Below are positions 19,501-28,211 of a stretch of DNA of 64,000 bases, in pieces. A program made the position numbers and the translations under genes. The stretch is from an uncultured Alphaproteobacteria bacterium (GTDB taxonomy: Bacteria; Pseudomonadota; Alphaproteobacteria; Rs-D84), in contig CALXXY010000001.1 of assembly GCA_944392815.1 (NCBI GenBank), positions 5,141-69,140 on the forward strand, written 5' to 3'. The notes below the pieces were generated by a model that was not told where the DNA came from, did not search any database, and worked only from the letters and a program-made list of their open reading frames with translations. Each line of letters opens with the position of its first letter. The first letter of the stretch is position 1.

Positions 19501-19883
19501 AATCCATTGCCAATAAAGAACGCGTCTTTATTTGTAGTGAATCAGTGGCAGCGCGGCTTTTGTTTCCCCCGCGATAATCAATAATAAATTAAAACAACGG
19601 GGAATTTTTTGGGACATATCCCAAATCTCTCTGACCCCAGTAATGTTAGTATATTTTCAATTAAATGCAAGAGATAATATTTTTAAACCTTGCATTATAC
19701 GTGTCGGAATAGTAATATACTTTATGTCAATGGGGGTTCCATTGATGGGGTGTGAAGACCTCTGCCTTAGCGTCGAACGGGAAAAATGGCGCTCCATTAT
19801 ACAGGATGTTGATTAAGTCCAAACGCGCATAAAACATACAAGAATTACTAGTGAGTTTTAACTTGATTGATATGTTATTATAG

Positions 19884-20987
19884 TTATATTAAGTATTGTA
19901 ATAATTTTTCTAACTGTGTATCATTTAATAGAATTATCTTGCACGCATTTGCAGCTTGTCTAGCAGATTTAGTAAAACCCGCATTAGATACAACAACACC
20001 ATAGTCACAATTATAAAAATCTCGTCCTGCATTTGCCTCTTGAACCGCTTTGTTACCTACAGGTTTGGAATATTTTTTACATTGAATAGCAAAAGATACG
20101 CCATTCTTTTTTGCTATCACGTCTGCACCCTGGTCCCCACTGGCTTTTGTAGTGCGCGCATTGAATCCCAGTGACTTTAATTTAATTGTTATGCTTTTTT
20201 CGTAATCTAATGGTGTAATATTTTTTTGCTTTAAATTTATATCAGGCATTTCCCACTTATTGACATACAAACTAAAAACAAGCTCTTTTACAACATTACA
20301 GGCATTTAAATACCTATATTCTTCCAAACGATTGTTTTCTAAAATGATATTTTTCTTTGCACAACTCTGGGTACTGATGAAAATAAGCTCACCTCTAATA
20401 TCATCTGTTTTATCTAGCATATTAAAATAAACATCTTCCATAATGCCAAAAGAACGATTATCTATTTTTATATCACTGTTGTCATCCGTCGCCACAAATA
20501 TGCAAAAATTGAAAAAGTCCGCTTCAAATACAGGATACAAATATATTTCCAAGGAATGGTCAGGGATATTTGAAAATAGTTTTTCGTAACTATTTTGTAA
20601 TGCTTCATTATAATAAGGTGTTGCGTAAATAGGCATCTCTCTAGTCAATACAACATTCTGAGCAAAATTATACAATTCGTTTATATAATTTTCATAATGA
20701 ATATATCCATAATCGTCTTCTGTTACTAACTGCAAAAATTTTGCATGCAGCGTGTTTTCATGTTGTTGAATTATATCATAAATTTGATTTACATATTCCT
20801 GTCTGTATGTGTTTACAATTTTTGTATGTTTTTTTAGTTTTTCTATCAGCATCCGTTTTTCATTTTGAATATTTTTTTGATTTTTAACATTTCTTGCATC
20901 GTACTCTTCTAGCTTCATTAACAAAAAAGCCACCAACAATATAGCGATAGCACTGACGACAACAATTATTCCAATACTGTTTAACAT
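19884..20987 (-). CDS. membrane-anchored protein with C-terminal Mrr_cat-type restriction endonuclease domain
   Basis: 367 aa. N-terminal TM helix (IGIIVVVSAIAILLVAFLLM), a coiled-coil segment and an unknown middle domain. The C-terminus GDQGADVIAKKNGVSFAIQCKKYSKPVGNKAVQEANAGRDFYNCDYGVVVSNAGFTKSA matches the Mrr N-terminal catalytic PD-(D/E)xK domain (D-x-D...QCK). The local DNA is strongly AT-rich compared with its neighbours. Confidence 0.7.
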   Translation of the reverse strand: MLNSIGIIVVVSAIAILLVAFLLMKLEEYDARNVKNQKNIQNEKRMLIEKLKKHTKIVNTYRQEYVNQIYDIIQQHENTLHAKFLQLVTEDDYGYIHYENYINELYNFAQNVVLTREMPIYATPYYNEALQNSYEKLFSNIPDHSLEIYLYPVFEADFFNFCIFVATDDNSDIKIDNRSFGIMEDVYFNMLDKTDDIRGELIFISTQSCAKKNIILENNRLEEYRYLNACNVVKELVFSLYVNKWEMPDINLKQKNITPLDYEKSITIKLKSLGFNARTTKASGDQGADVIAKKNGVSFAIQCKKYSKPVGNKAVQEANAGRDFYNCDYGVVVSNAGFTKSARQAANACKIILLNDTQLEKLLQYLI

Positions 20988-21146
20988 GTATTAATCCTTT
21001 TATATATTCTGTATTGTTTTAAAAAATCTGTAACTTTGATATCGCGTCCCTTTAACTCAATGCATACATATTTTAAAAACGCATACCGCATCATGCAGGA
21101 AACCAACTGGAGACAAAGCATAATGATAACACCAAAAATTTAAAGT

Positions 21147-21719
21147 TCATAACGTTCCCCTTTTATTGAATAAATCCGTTACGCCTGCAGCATCACCAAT
21201 CTGTTGTCCGTTCTTAAATCGCACAAAATGCCCCATGTTTTTCCCAAGTGCAATAAAAATGCCTTGTTTATAGTTGAAATACGTTCGTAAATTTTCAGAT
21301 GGCGCAGTTTTGTTTGTAAATATCTTTAATTTATTTTCATCGTGCGTCCAGTCATCATCGTTATGCCAATAGCCTTTCAGTTCTATAACCAGCATATTGT
21401 TTTCGTGTGTCCCGCGTGTATGCACTATTATATCCGGAAATACACGCCCTTTTTTCTCATCAGATGCCGCATAAGCATTATTACAGCCCAGATGTTTAAT
21501 TAGTTCTTCTCCAGAATTATCTGTGGCTTTGCCGTATTCACAGTCAACAGACAGGCAATCGTTATCATATCCATGTATATCCAATAGACGCTGTAAATAT
21601 CCTGCAATTCTAGATGCACACGTTCTTTCCAAACCGCCAATTTCAACAAGCTTTTTGTCGCGCTTATAGAATATTGCCACCGCGGTCTGTAATAGTTCAA
21701 ATATTGCTTCCGTGTTCAT
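21147..21719 (-). CDS. hypothetical protein, possible PD-(D/E)xK-fold nuclease-like protein
   Basis: 190 aa, encoded upstream of and co-directional with the Mrr_cat gene. FPDIIVH...VIELKGYW resembles the hhh-D ... hhh-E-x-K core. The assignment is tentative. Confidence 0.45.
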   Translation of the reverse strand: MNTEAIFELLQTAVAIFYKRDKKLVEIGGLERTCASRIAGYLQRLLDIHGYDNDCLSVDCEYGKATDNSGEELIKHLGCNNAYAASDEKKGRVFPDIIVHTRGTHENNMLVIELKGYWHNDDDWTHDENKLKIFTNKTAPSENLRTYFNYKQGIFIALGKNMGHFVRFKNGQQIGDAAGVTDLFNKRGTL

Positions 21720-22032
21720 TCTACTCGCCCCTTTTTAATTCAAACAAAAAACCACCTGACAAAGCGGGTGGTTGGAGGTTAAGAACTATAATCTGGTATA
21801 GCGAGCTTATTCAATATATTCACTGCCCTCCAACCATGATGATTGGAGGTGTTTTTATGTCCCCACGGACACCAGATTCAGAGGTTCTTACGCCCCAACA
21901 CGGCAACCGCCATGTCGCTTTATACTTTATCACGGACAAAAATCCCGTGCAAGCAGTTTATAATGCATACTATTAAACAATGAGGAATTTATATTCTGGT
22001 GCGGCCGGCGGGTTCCCTCGCGCGACACATAA

Positions 22033-22068
22033 TAAAAACAACGCCACAGTTTTGTGGCGTTGTTTTTT
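22033..22068 (-). terminator. rho-independent terminator downstream of tRNA-Arg
   Basis: Hairpin aacaacgccaca-gttt-tgtggcgttgtt with flanking A-runs and T-runs. Confidence 0.6.
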
Positions 22069-22072
22069 ATTC

Positions 22073-22149
22073 TGGCGCGCCCAGAAGGATTCGAACCCTC
22101 AACCTTCTGATCCGTAGTCAGATGCTCTATCCAATTGAGCCATGGGCGC
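22073..22149 (-). tRNA. tRNA-Arg (anticodon ACG)
   Basis: Reverse complement reads GCGCCCA-TGGCTCAATTGGATAGAGCA-TCTGACTACGGATCAGA...GGTTCGAATCC...TGGGCGC-G-CCA. The cloverleaf has a 7-bp acceptor stem, the anticodon loop is CUACGGA and the CCA end is encoded. Confidence 0.9.
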
Positions 22150-22205
22150 AACGTTCGTATATTTTATACGTTTTTGTCGAAATTGCAAGCAAAAATATAT
22201 GTTTT

Positions 22206-22796
22206 TTATCTGCTGCCATGGCCGTCGTTATGATGGCCGTGATACAACATATTAAAATGCTGTCTGCACACAGATTTATAATTGCTGTCGCCGATTGCAA
22301 TTTGTGCGCCTGCGCGAACAACATTGCCCGATGCGTCGTATCGCAAATGATGCGTCGCCAAATGCATACAGCCGGGAATTTGACACGTCGATTCCATGCG
22401 GTGCAGTTTGGCGCCAACCTCGATTAACCGGCGCGACGCAGGAAAAATATGCTCGTTGCTGTCTATCATTATTCCATAGCACATAATTATCACGGGGCGA
22501 CTGTCGGCAATACGCACCAGTGCATCTATGTCGTCCGGGGTAAAGAACTGGATTTCATCGATTAGCACCATTTTAGTATCTGGGGCCGGGGTCCACCCGC
22601 GTAATGTTGTCAGCACTGTTGCATCGGCGGAAATTCCGATACGGGAATTGACTTTGTTATCGCTGAAACGATTATCGATTTTTGGTTTTATGATTTCGGT
22701 TTTGTTCCCGTTTTTGTTTTGGTTGTACGCATTAATAACCAACTGTGCAGATTTCGAACAACCCATTGTTCCATAATGAAAATGCAGATTCGCCAT
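22206..22796 (-). CDS. tdk: thymidine kinase
   Basis: 196 aa with an N-terminal P-loop-like GTMGCSKSAQL and a C-terminal Cys-containing zinc ribbon, consistent with type II TK. Confidence 0.8.
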   Translation of the reverse strand: MANLHFHYGTMGCSKSAQLVINAYNQNKNGNKTEIIKPKIDNRFSDNKVNSRIGISADATVLTTLRGWTPAPDTKMVLIDEIQFFTPDDIDALVRIADSRPVIIMCYGIMIDSNEHIFPASRRLIEVGAKLHRMESTCQIPGCMHLATHHLRYDASGNVVRAGAQIAIGDSNYKSVCRQHFNMLYHGHHNDGHGSR

Positions 22797-22817
22797 TTAT
22801 CAATCCCCCAATTTATA

Positions 22818-23753
22818 TTATGATGCCATAGATTCCAAACGTGCTATGCGTTTTTCAACAGGCGGGTGCGTCGCCATCAGTGAACTGGCGAATTCGCGCG
22901 GACCACCCGGGTATGCGATGCACACCGCCGACATAGATTTTACTTTGTCCAAACATTCCACGCGCGCGTCGGTCGTGATTTTGCGCAGCGCGTTTGCCAA
23001 CGCCATTGGATTATGGGTTATTTGCGCGCCTGTTGCATCGGCGGCGTATTCGCGATTTCTGGAAATAGCCATACGTAAAACCGGCGTGATAATCCAGTTA
23101 AACACAAAAAACGCCAGCCACACCAACAACAATACCGCCACGCCACTGTTTTTGTTGTCACTGTCGCTGTGACCCGACGCCAATGCCACGCGCAAAATCA
23201 TATCAGCCGCGAACACAGTCACACCAACGCCTGTAATCAACATCATATCCAATCGAATGTCGCGGTTGCCTATGTGTGCCATTTCGTGCGCGATGACGCC
23301 CTGTAATTCAATATTGTTTAATTTTTTTATCAGTCCGCGGGTCAGTGCAACAGACGCATCGCGCGGGGTGCGCCCGGTTGCAAATGCGTTCATGGAATCG
23401 TCATCTATGATGTAAACACGCGGGCATGGCAATCCGGCCGCCATAGCGACATTTTCCACTGCGCGGAATATTTCGCGATTTTGTTTGTCGTCATCAAAAA
23501 TTTCATGTGCATGTGCAGAATTTAACATCATGCTGTCGCCAAATGCCCACGATATCAGCAACCATACCGCGCACGCGACAAATGTCGGAATTGCCACGGA
23601 AATTGCCGTGTTAAACGCTGTGTCCGCGGGCGCGACAATCCACGTAAACAAAAATATTAGCGCGATAAATATCAGTGGGAAGCAAATCACCAATAATATA
23701 GTTTTTATATTATTGCTGCGAATATGATCGTAAACTGTTTTTACATGTGCCAT
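22818..23753 (-). CDS. htpX: zinc metalloprotease HtpX (peptidase M48)
   Basis: HEMAHI zinc-binding motif and multiple TM helices. Length is 311 aa. Confidence 0.85.
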   Translation of the reverse strand: MAHVKTVYDHIRSNNIKTILLVICFPLIFIALIFLFTWIVAPADTAFNTAISVAIPTFVACAVWLLISWAFGDSMMLNSAHAHEIFDDDKQNREIFRAVENVAMAAGLPCPRVYIIDDDSMNAFATGRTPRDASVALTRGLIKKLNNIELQGVIAHEMAHIGNRDIRLDMMLITGVGVTVFAADMILRVALASGHSDSDNKNSGVAVLLLVWLAFFVFNWIITPVLRMAISRNREYAADATGAQITHNPMALANALRKITTDARVECLDKVKSMSAVCIAYPGGPREFASSLMATHPPVEKRIARLESMAS

Positions 23754-23787
23754 GGCGTTTATTATAACCCAAATTTCTGTGCCGTCA

Positions 23788-24168
23788 TTATGAATTTTCG
23801 TTTTTTATGCGTTTAAATTTTACATCAAAACTGCCGTTGTTAATCGGGGTGGCTGATAATATGTACGGCGATAAAATACTTTCAGACACCCATTGTGGGA
23901 ATAATTTCCGCAAAACCCCACTGGCGCCGGTGATGATTGTGGCGCGACGCGCGCCCGATGTGGCCACAGCCATGATTTCGTCCCAGGCCTGGTCCACGGT
24001 GTGTTGGTGCAAATCCAGCGTGACGTGCGCGGGCGCCGCCCCAACGGGGGCGGGAATCCGACGCGACAGTTGTAATTCAGACCGCACGCGTCGCCGGGTG
24101 GCGCTGTCGTCCGGCACGAACGCGGTCCCAGCCATTTTTGCAATATCGTCATCGGTTAATTGTTTCAT
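23788..24168 (-). CDS. Smr-domain protein
   Basis: The C-terminal LDLHQHTVDQAW...IITGASG resembles the Smr (MutS2 C-terminal) domain. Confidence 0.65.
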   Translation of the reverse strand: MKQLTDDDIAKMAGTAFVPDDSATRRRVRSELQLSRRIPAPVGAAPAHVTLDLHQHTVDQAWDEIMAVATSGARRATIITGASGVLRKLFPQWVSESILSPYILSATPINNGSFDVKFKRIKNENS

Positions 24169-24232
24169 AGCAATCGCTATTATAATACAGCAACACGGAT
24201 TGTTTATAAAAAAATGACGGGCCCGTTGACAT

Positions 24233-24258
24233 TAAAAAACCGCCCGGGTGGGCGGTTG
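24233..24258 (-). terminator. rho-independent terminator downstream of cspA
   Basis: ccgcccgggtgggcgg hairpin with flanking A-runs and T-runs. Confidence 0.55.
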
Positions 24259-24277
24259 AGTCATTATCGATAAAAAT

Positions 24278-24622
24278 TTATTTTTTCCAAAACGCAAATC
24301 CGCTGCGACGTTCGGATTTTTCTTCGCGCTGTTTTCTGTCCTCGATTGCGCGGCGGCGTTCGGCGCGACGTTCCTGGAACCGGCGGGCCGATTCTTCGTC
24401 GCGATGAATCAGTTTCAGCGTGGTCACAGATAATTTATCATTACGGACTTCTTCGTCAAATTCAACAATATCATTTTCATTCAGGAATCTGATACCCGCT
24501 GCTTTCAGTGCACTGGAATGAACAAAAACATCGTCCATATTACCATTTTCGTTCGGTGTGTCCGGCGTAATAAAGCCAAAGCACTTTTTACCATTGTACC
24601 ATTTTACTTTACCTTGACGCAT
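24278..24622 (-). CDS. cspA: cold-shock domain protein with R/E-rich C-terminal tail
   Basis: MRQGKVKWYNGKKCFGFITPD is the S1-like CSD. It has an unusual 45-aa charged C-terminal extension. Confidence 0.8.
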   Translation of the reverse strand: MRQGKVKWYNGKKCFGFITPDTPNENGNMDDVFVHSSALKAAGIRFLNENDIVEFDEEVRNDKLSVTTLKLIHRDEESARRFQERRAERRRAIEDRKQREEKSERRSGFAFWKK

Positions 24623-24711
24623 AATGTGCCTTCCTTTCTTATGCTTGTTATGGTTCCCAAAGTACTGTGAACCTGTAATAATTGTTGCGGATTACGATAC
24701 AGATTGCAAGA

Positions 24712-24750
24712 AAAAACACCCCAGGAAAATCGTGTTTAATTTCCTGGGGC
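24712..24750 (-). terminator. rho-independent terminator downstream of the RelA/SpoT-like gene
   Basis: caccccaggaaa...tttcctgggg hairpin, followed on the minus strand by a T-run. Confidence 0.55.
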
Positions 24751-24760
24751 GGCGATTGTA

Positions 24761-26188
24761 TTATTTGTTCGTTTTTTTATAGTACCGCTGGACTTCGGTC
24801 ATAACAAAGTTGAACAATTTGCCCGCCAATGTGTCGGACGGTACGGTCCAGTCATGCTGGAAATACGGCATGGCCGCGACCAGAATAAACCGCGCCATGA
24901 AATGGAAAATCTCGCTTTCCTGGGCCTGGGTCAATTTGGCCGGGGCGTCTTTGATACGAAAAACTTCGTTTTCAATGGCGTTGTCCAATTTATCAACGAT
25001 GATGTCCAAAATTTTCGGCGGATAATACAGTTTGCACAATTTAGGAAACCCGTCAAACATGGATACATCTGTGCCCTGGCTGTACAAAATATTCCAACCG
25101 ACACGGTCAAATAAATCCTCCAGGCACTGGCAAATCATCAGATTGTATTGTTTAACGCCCATTTCCATAAAATCCGCCAATTTGCGTTCTATATCCGCAC
25201 TGGTACGCGCGGTTTTAGTGTTTTTGTTGTTTTCACGTTTACGCGAAACCTCGTAATTTCCGTGTGTTTGGCGTTCAAATTCGAAAAATGTGCGAACCTG
25301 GCAAATGATTTCCATGGGAACGACGTGGCCGTCTTTGCCGATATCGATTATTAATTTGGCGTCGCGATAATTACGCGGATTTTTCATATCGTAAAAATTA
25401 TCGCGCACAGATAAAATCCGGTCCGGCATCATGTCACACACGCGTTCAATAAATGTGCGGGCCTGGGGGATTAAATCAAACAGGCATTTCACACGCCAAA
25501 CGTCCTGCAGGCGCATGCGGGGACGTGGGACTTTGTCCAATTCACGCACCAATTCCACCGCGATTTTTTCGTGTCCAGAACCGATAATGGACAGCACTGT
25601 TTCGGACGGTGTGGAAATATAGCGTTCGTTTAATTTCGCGCGAATTTTATCGGCAACCGCACGCGCAGACGCCAAACGATCGTGCGATGCAATCACGCGG
25701 TACACTGTCGCGGCAACTTCGTCCACGTATGCGGCATAGTATTTGCCGGTCACTTTGTCCAATGCCCTGTCGATGCTTTTTTGTGCGCCGACAATAACCG
25801 TGACGATGGACGACACCGCCAGGTCAATTTTGTGCCCCGCCCCACTGGTAAAAAATTGATTACGCATGGGGTCTGCGTCCAAGCGGTGGTGCACAATGTA
25901 TGGCGACAATGGATTTATATCCGATACCTTGATCGGTTCGTCAATTGCGCTGTCGGTGGCATAATCATAGCGCATAACGGGCGCCTTGGGCGCACCAAAA
26001 CATTTGCCCAGGAAATAGAACACTTCGCGGAACCACAGCATACCATCGGAATATAATTCAGATAAATATGCGGCGGCTTCGTCATTAATGCGACCGGATT
26101 TGCGCGCCTGTTCAATGGTGGCCTGATTTTTCCTGTCCCGTTCGGCGGCCAGGTCGGCCGCGCTGCTTTCAGAATACGGTGTTATCAT
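24761..26188 (-). CDS. RelA/SpoT-synthetase-like (RSH nucleotidyltransferase) domain protein, no HD hydrolase domain
   Basis: 475 aa. Residues about 230-330 read WRVKCLFDL...DRILSVRD...NPRNYRDAKLIIDIG...PMEIICQVRTFFEFERQTH. This parallels the RSH synthetase motifs GRVKS, DxxGxR, PKxNGYQSLH and EIQIRTxxMHxWAExxH. Similarity was judged by eye. The gene is 13 nt downstream of lysS on the same strand. Confidence 0.5.
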   Translation of the reverse strand: MITPYSESSAADLAAERDRKNQATIEQARKSGRINDEAAAYLSELYSDGMLWFREVFYFLGKCFGAPKAPVMRYDYATDSAIDEPIKVSDINPLSPYIVHHRLDADPMRNQFFTSGAGHKIDLAVSSIVTVIVGAQKSIDRALDKVTGKYYAAYVDEVAATVYRVIASHDRLASARAVADKIRAKLNERYISTPSETVLSIIGSGHEKIAVELVRELDKVPRPRMRLQDVWRVKCLFDLIPQARTFIERVCDMMPDRILSVRDNFYDMKNPRNYRDAKLIIDIGKDGHVVPMEIICQVRTFFEFERQTHGNYEVSRKRENNKNTKTARTSADIERKLADFMEMGVKQYNLMICQCLEDLFDRVGWNILYSQGTDVSMFDGFPKLCKLYYPPKILDIIVDKLDNAIENEVFRIKDAPAKLTQAQESEIFHFMARFILVAAMPYFQHDWTVPSDTLAGKLFNFVMTEVQRYYKKTNK

Positions 26189-26200
26189 GGCATGCCCCCA

Positions 26201-27679
26201 TTATTTCATTATCGGAAATAATATAACGTCACGCAGTGTCGGGGCGTCCGCTATGATAGAAAAAAATCTGTCAATTCCCAACCCCAGGCCCGAAATCGGT
26301 GGCATACCGTGTTCCATGGCACGCAGGAAATCTTCGTCCAGGTCAAATGCCTCGTCATCGCCGGCGGCTTTGTTTTTCGCCTGCTCTTCGAACGCGGCAC
26401 GTTGGACAATTGGGTCGACCAATTCTGAATATGCCTTTATCAATTCGGCACCACAGACAATCAACTGGAATATATCTATGCGGCGATTGTCATCGTCGTT
26501 GCGACGCGCCAATGGTATCAAATATGCCGGATAGTTATATACAATTGTCGGCTGGATAATCTGGTCACGGATTTTGTGTTTGAACACATAGTCCACTATG
26601 GCCGGCACAGATTTCAGCGGTTCCATTTCGTCCGCGCCAAACATGCCGCCGGCAATCAACTGTTTTTTCAGGGCGTCGGTGTCGCGGAATTCCAAAATGT
26701 CAACACCCAGCAATTCATTCATGCGGGCCGTGTAATCGATTTCATCGTATTTGGTGAAATCCAATTTGGTGCCCTGGTATTCAATTTGTAATGTGCCGCG
26801 CAAATCCATGATGATTTTTTGAATCATATCCCATGAAAATTTAATATTGTCCTGATAATTCCAATATGCGGCGTACCATTCCAGCATGGTGAATTCCTGC
26901 AGGTGCATGGCGTCCATGCCTTCGTTGCGAAAATTTTTGCCCAATTCATACACGCGGTCAAATCCAGCGGCAATGGTTTGTTTCAAAAATAATTCCGGCG
27001 CAATACGCAGATAAAAATCAGCGTCCAACGCATTGTGATGCGTGATAAATGGGCGCGCGGCGGCACCACTGGCCACAACCTGCATTATCGGGGTTTCAAC
27101 CTCGGTAAAACCATTGGCGTTTAAATATTCGCGTATCAGGCGCAACATTTTAAAACGCATTTTCATCGTGCGACGTGTGTCTTCGTTGGCAATTATATCC
27201 AGATAGCGTTGACGATAACGCGTTTCCATATCCGTCAACCCGTGGAATTTTTCCGGCAACGGACGCAGGGCTTTTGATAAAATTTCATATTTTGCCACGC
27301 GCACAGTCAATTCGCCCGCGGTTGTATGGTATAATTCACCATCAATACCGATAAAATCGCCCAGGTCGACATTGGATTTCATGAATTTATATTGTTCTTC
27401 GCCCAATTCTTCGCGGGACATAGAAAACTGGATTTCGCCGTCAATATCATAAATGCGGCCGAACATCAATTTCCCCAACCACCGCAGTGCCGTGACGCGC
27501 CCCGCCAGGCGCACATGCGCGCCATCGGACAAATTGCGGGCGTCACAAATTTTGTGGCTGCGGTCAAATTTATCTTTCCAAACAACACCATCGCGGGCGC
27601 GGATATTTTCTGCCTTTTGCAGGCGCGCCTGTAATTCATTTGTCGATATTTTCGTGGTACTGTTTGCGTTTTCTGACAT
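26201..27679 (-). CDS. lysS: lysine--tRNA ligase (class II)
   Basis: 492 aa with an OB-fold N-domain and class II motifs, including GGLGIDR near the C-terminus. Confidence 0.9.
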   Translation of the reverse strand: MSENANSTTKISTNELQARLQKAENIRARDGVVWKDKFDRSHKICDARNLSDGAHVRLAGRVTALRWLGKLMFGRIYDIDGEIQFSMSREELGEEQYKFMKSNVDLGDFIGIDGELYHTTAGELTVRVAKYEILSKALRPLPEKFHGLTDMETRYRQRYLDIIANEDTRRTMKMRFKMLRLIREYLNANGFTEVETPIMQVVASGAAARPFITHHNALDADFYLRIAPELFLKQTIAAGFDRVYELGKNFRNEGMDAMHLQEFTMLEWYAAYWNYQDNIKFSWDMIQKIIMDLRGTLQIEYQGTKLDFTKYDEIDYTARMNELLGVDILEFRDTDALKKQLIAGGMFGADEMEPLKSVPAIVDYVFKHKIRDQIIQPTIVYNYPAYLIPLARRNDDDNRRIDIFQLIVCGAELIKAYSELVDPIVQRAAFEEQAKNKAAGDDEAFDLDEDFLRAMEHGMPPISGLGLGIDRFFSIIADAPTLRDVILFPIMK

Positions 27680-27710
27680 TTTCGTTTCCTTTGTTGGGCG
27701 TTTAAAAGTT

Positions 27711-27750
27711 AAAAAAAGGACGCATGAAAAGTGCGTCCGTCAATTTTTTT
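27711..27750 (-). terminator. rho-independent terminator downstream of tRNA-Gly
   Basis: ggacgca-tgaaaag-tgcgtcc hairpin flanked by a 7-nt A-run and a 7-nt T-run. Confidence 0.6.
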
Positions 27751-27824
27751 GATGGTCGCACCGTATCAATAAAAAATTTTCAAAACCAATTTCATTTTCC
27801 GATTGTCCCCATCAGATAAAACTT

Positions 27825-27901
27825 TGGTGCGAGCAAAGGGGCTCGAACCCTCGACCTCAACCTTGGCAAGGTTGCGCTCTAGCCAACTGAGCTACGCTCG
27901 C
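27825..27901 (-). tRNA. tRNA-Gly (anticodon GCC)
   Basis: Reverse complement reads GCGAGCG-TAGCTCAGTTGGCTAGAGC-GCAACCTTGCCAAGGTTG...GGTTCGAGCCC...CGCTCGC-A-CCA. The anticodon loop is UUGCCAA. Confidence 0.9.
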
Positions 27902-27950
27902 ACTGTGGGGTATATTTTTACATATCTTTTTTGCAATTGCAAGTAAAATT

Positions 27951-28208
27951 TTATCGCTGGCGTCCGGGGGCAAAATACCGCAATGAATCCAGCGTATATT
28001 GGCGTTTTGCCAAATCGTGACGCCGTTGTTGAATGTTTAATTCCTGCTGTTTTAATGTGTTGGCGTGGCGGATCTCGCCCCAAATACCGTATGCCGCCAC
28101 AGACATCATCATTATGCTGAACGCCAACACAAAATACAGGCACCCGGTCGGGTTTGTCCGAACCGGGTCGCCAAAATCACTGCCGGAAATTTCGCGTTTT
28201 TCCGTCAT
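27951..28208 (-). CDS. small bitopic membrane protein with coiled coil (FtsB/DivIC-like?)
   Basis: 85 aa with a TM helix followed by LKQQELNIQQRRHDLAKRQ. Assignment is by architecture only. Confidence 0.35.
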   Translation of the reverse strand: MTEKREISGSDFGDPVRTNPTGCLYFVLAFSIMMMSVAAYGIWGEIRHANTLKQQELNIQQRRHDLAKRQYTLDSLRYFAPGRQR

Positions 28209-28211
28209 GTG

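Noticed and set aside
21614-21976. 120-aa + strand ORF between the island and tRNA-Arg
   Set aside because: It overlaps the 5' end of the minus-strand island gene and two hairpins. Its composition is proline-rich and low complexity. There is no RBS and it overlaps the tRNA terminator region.
19501-22149. Searched for an integrase, att direct repeat or tmRNA in the tRNA-Arg-associated island
   Set aside because: There is no tyrosine or serine recombinase ORF and no convincing copy of the tRNA 3' end at the distal boundary. Only tcgaac fragments were found. The GC-rich patch near 19740-19790 does not match tmRNA or tRNA-like consensus. The island is therefore called a remnant without mobility genes.
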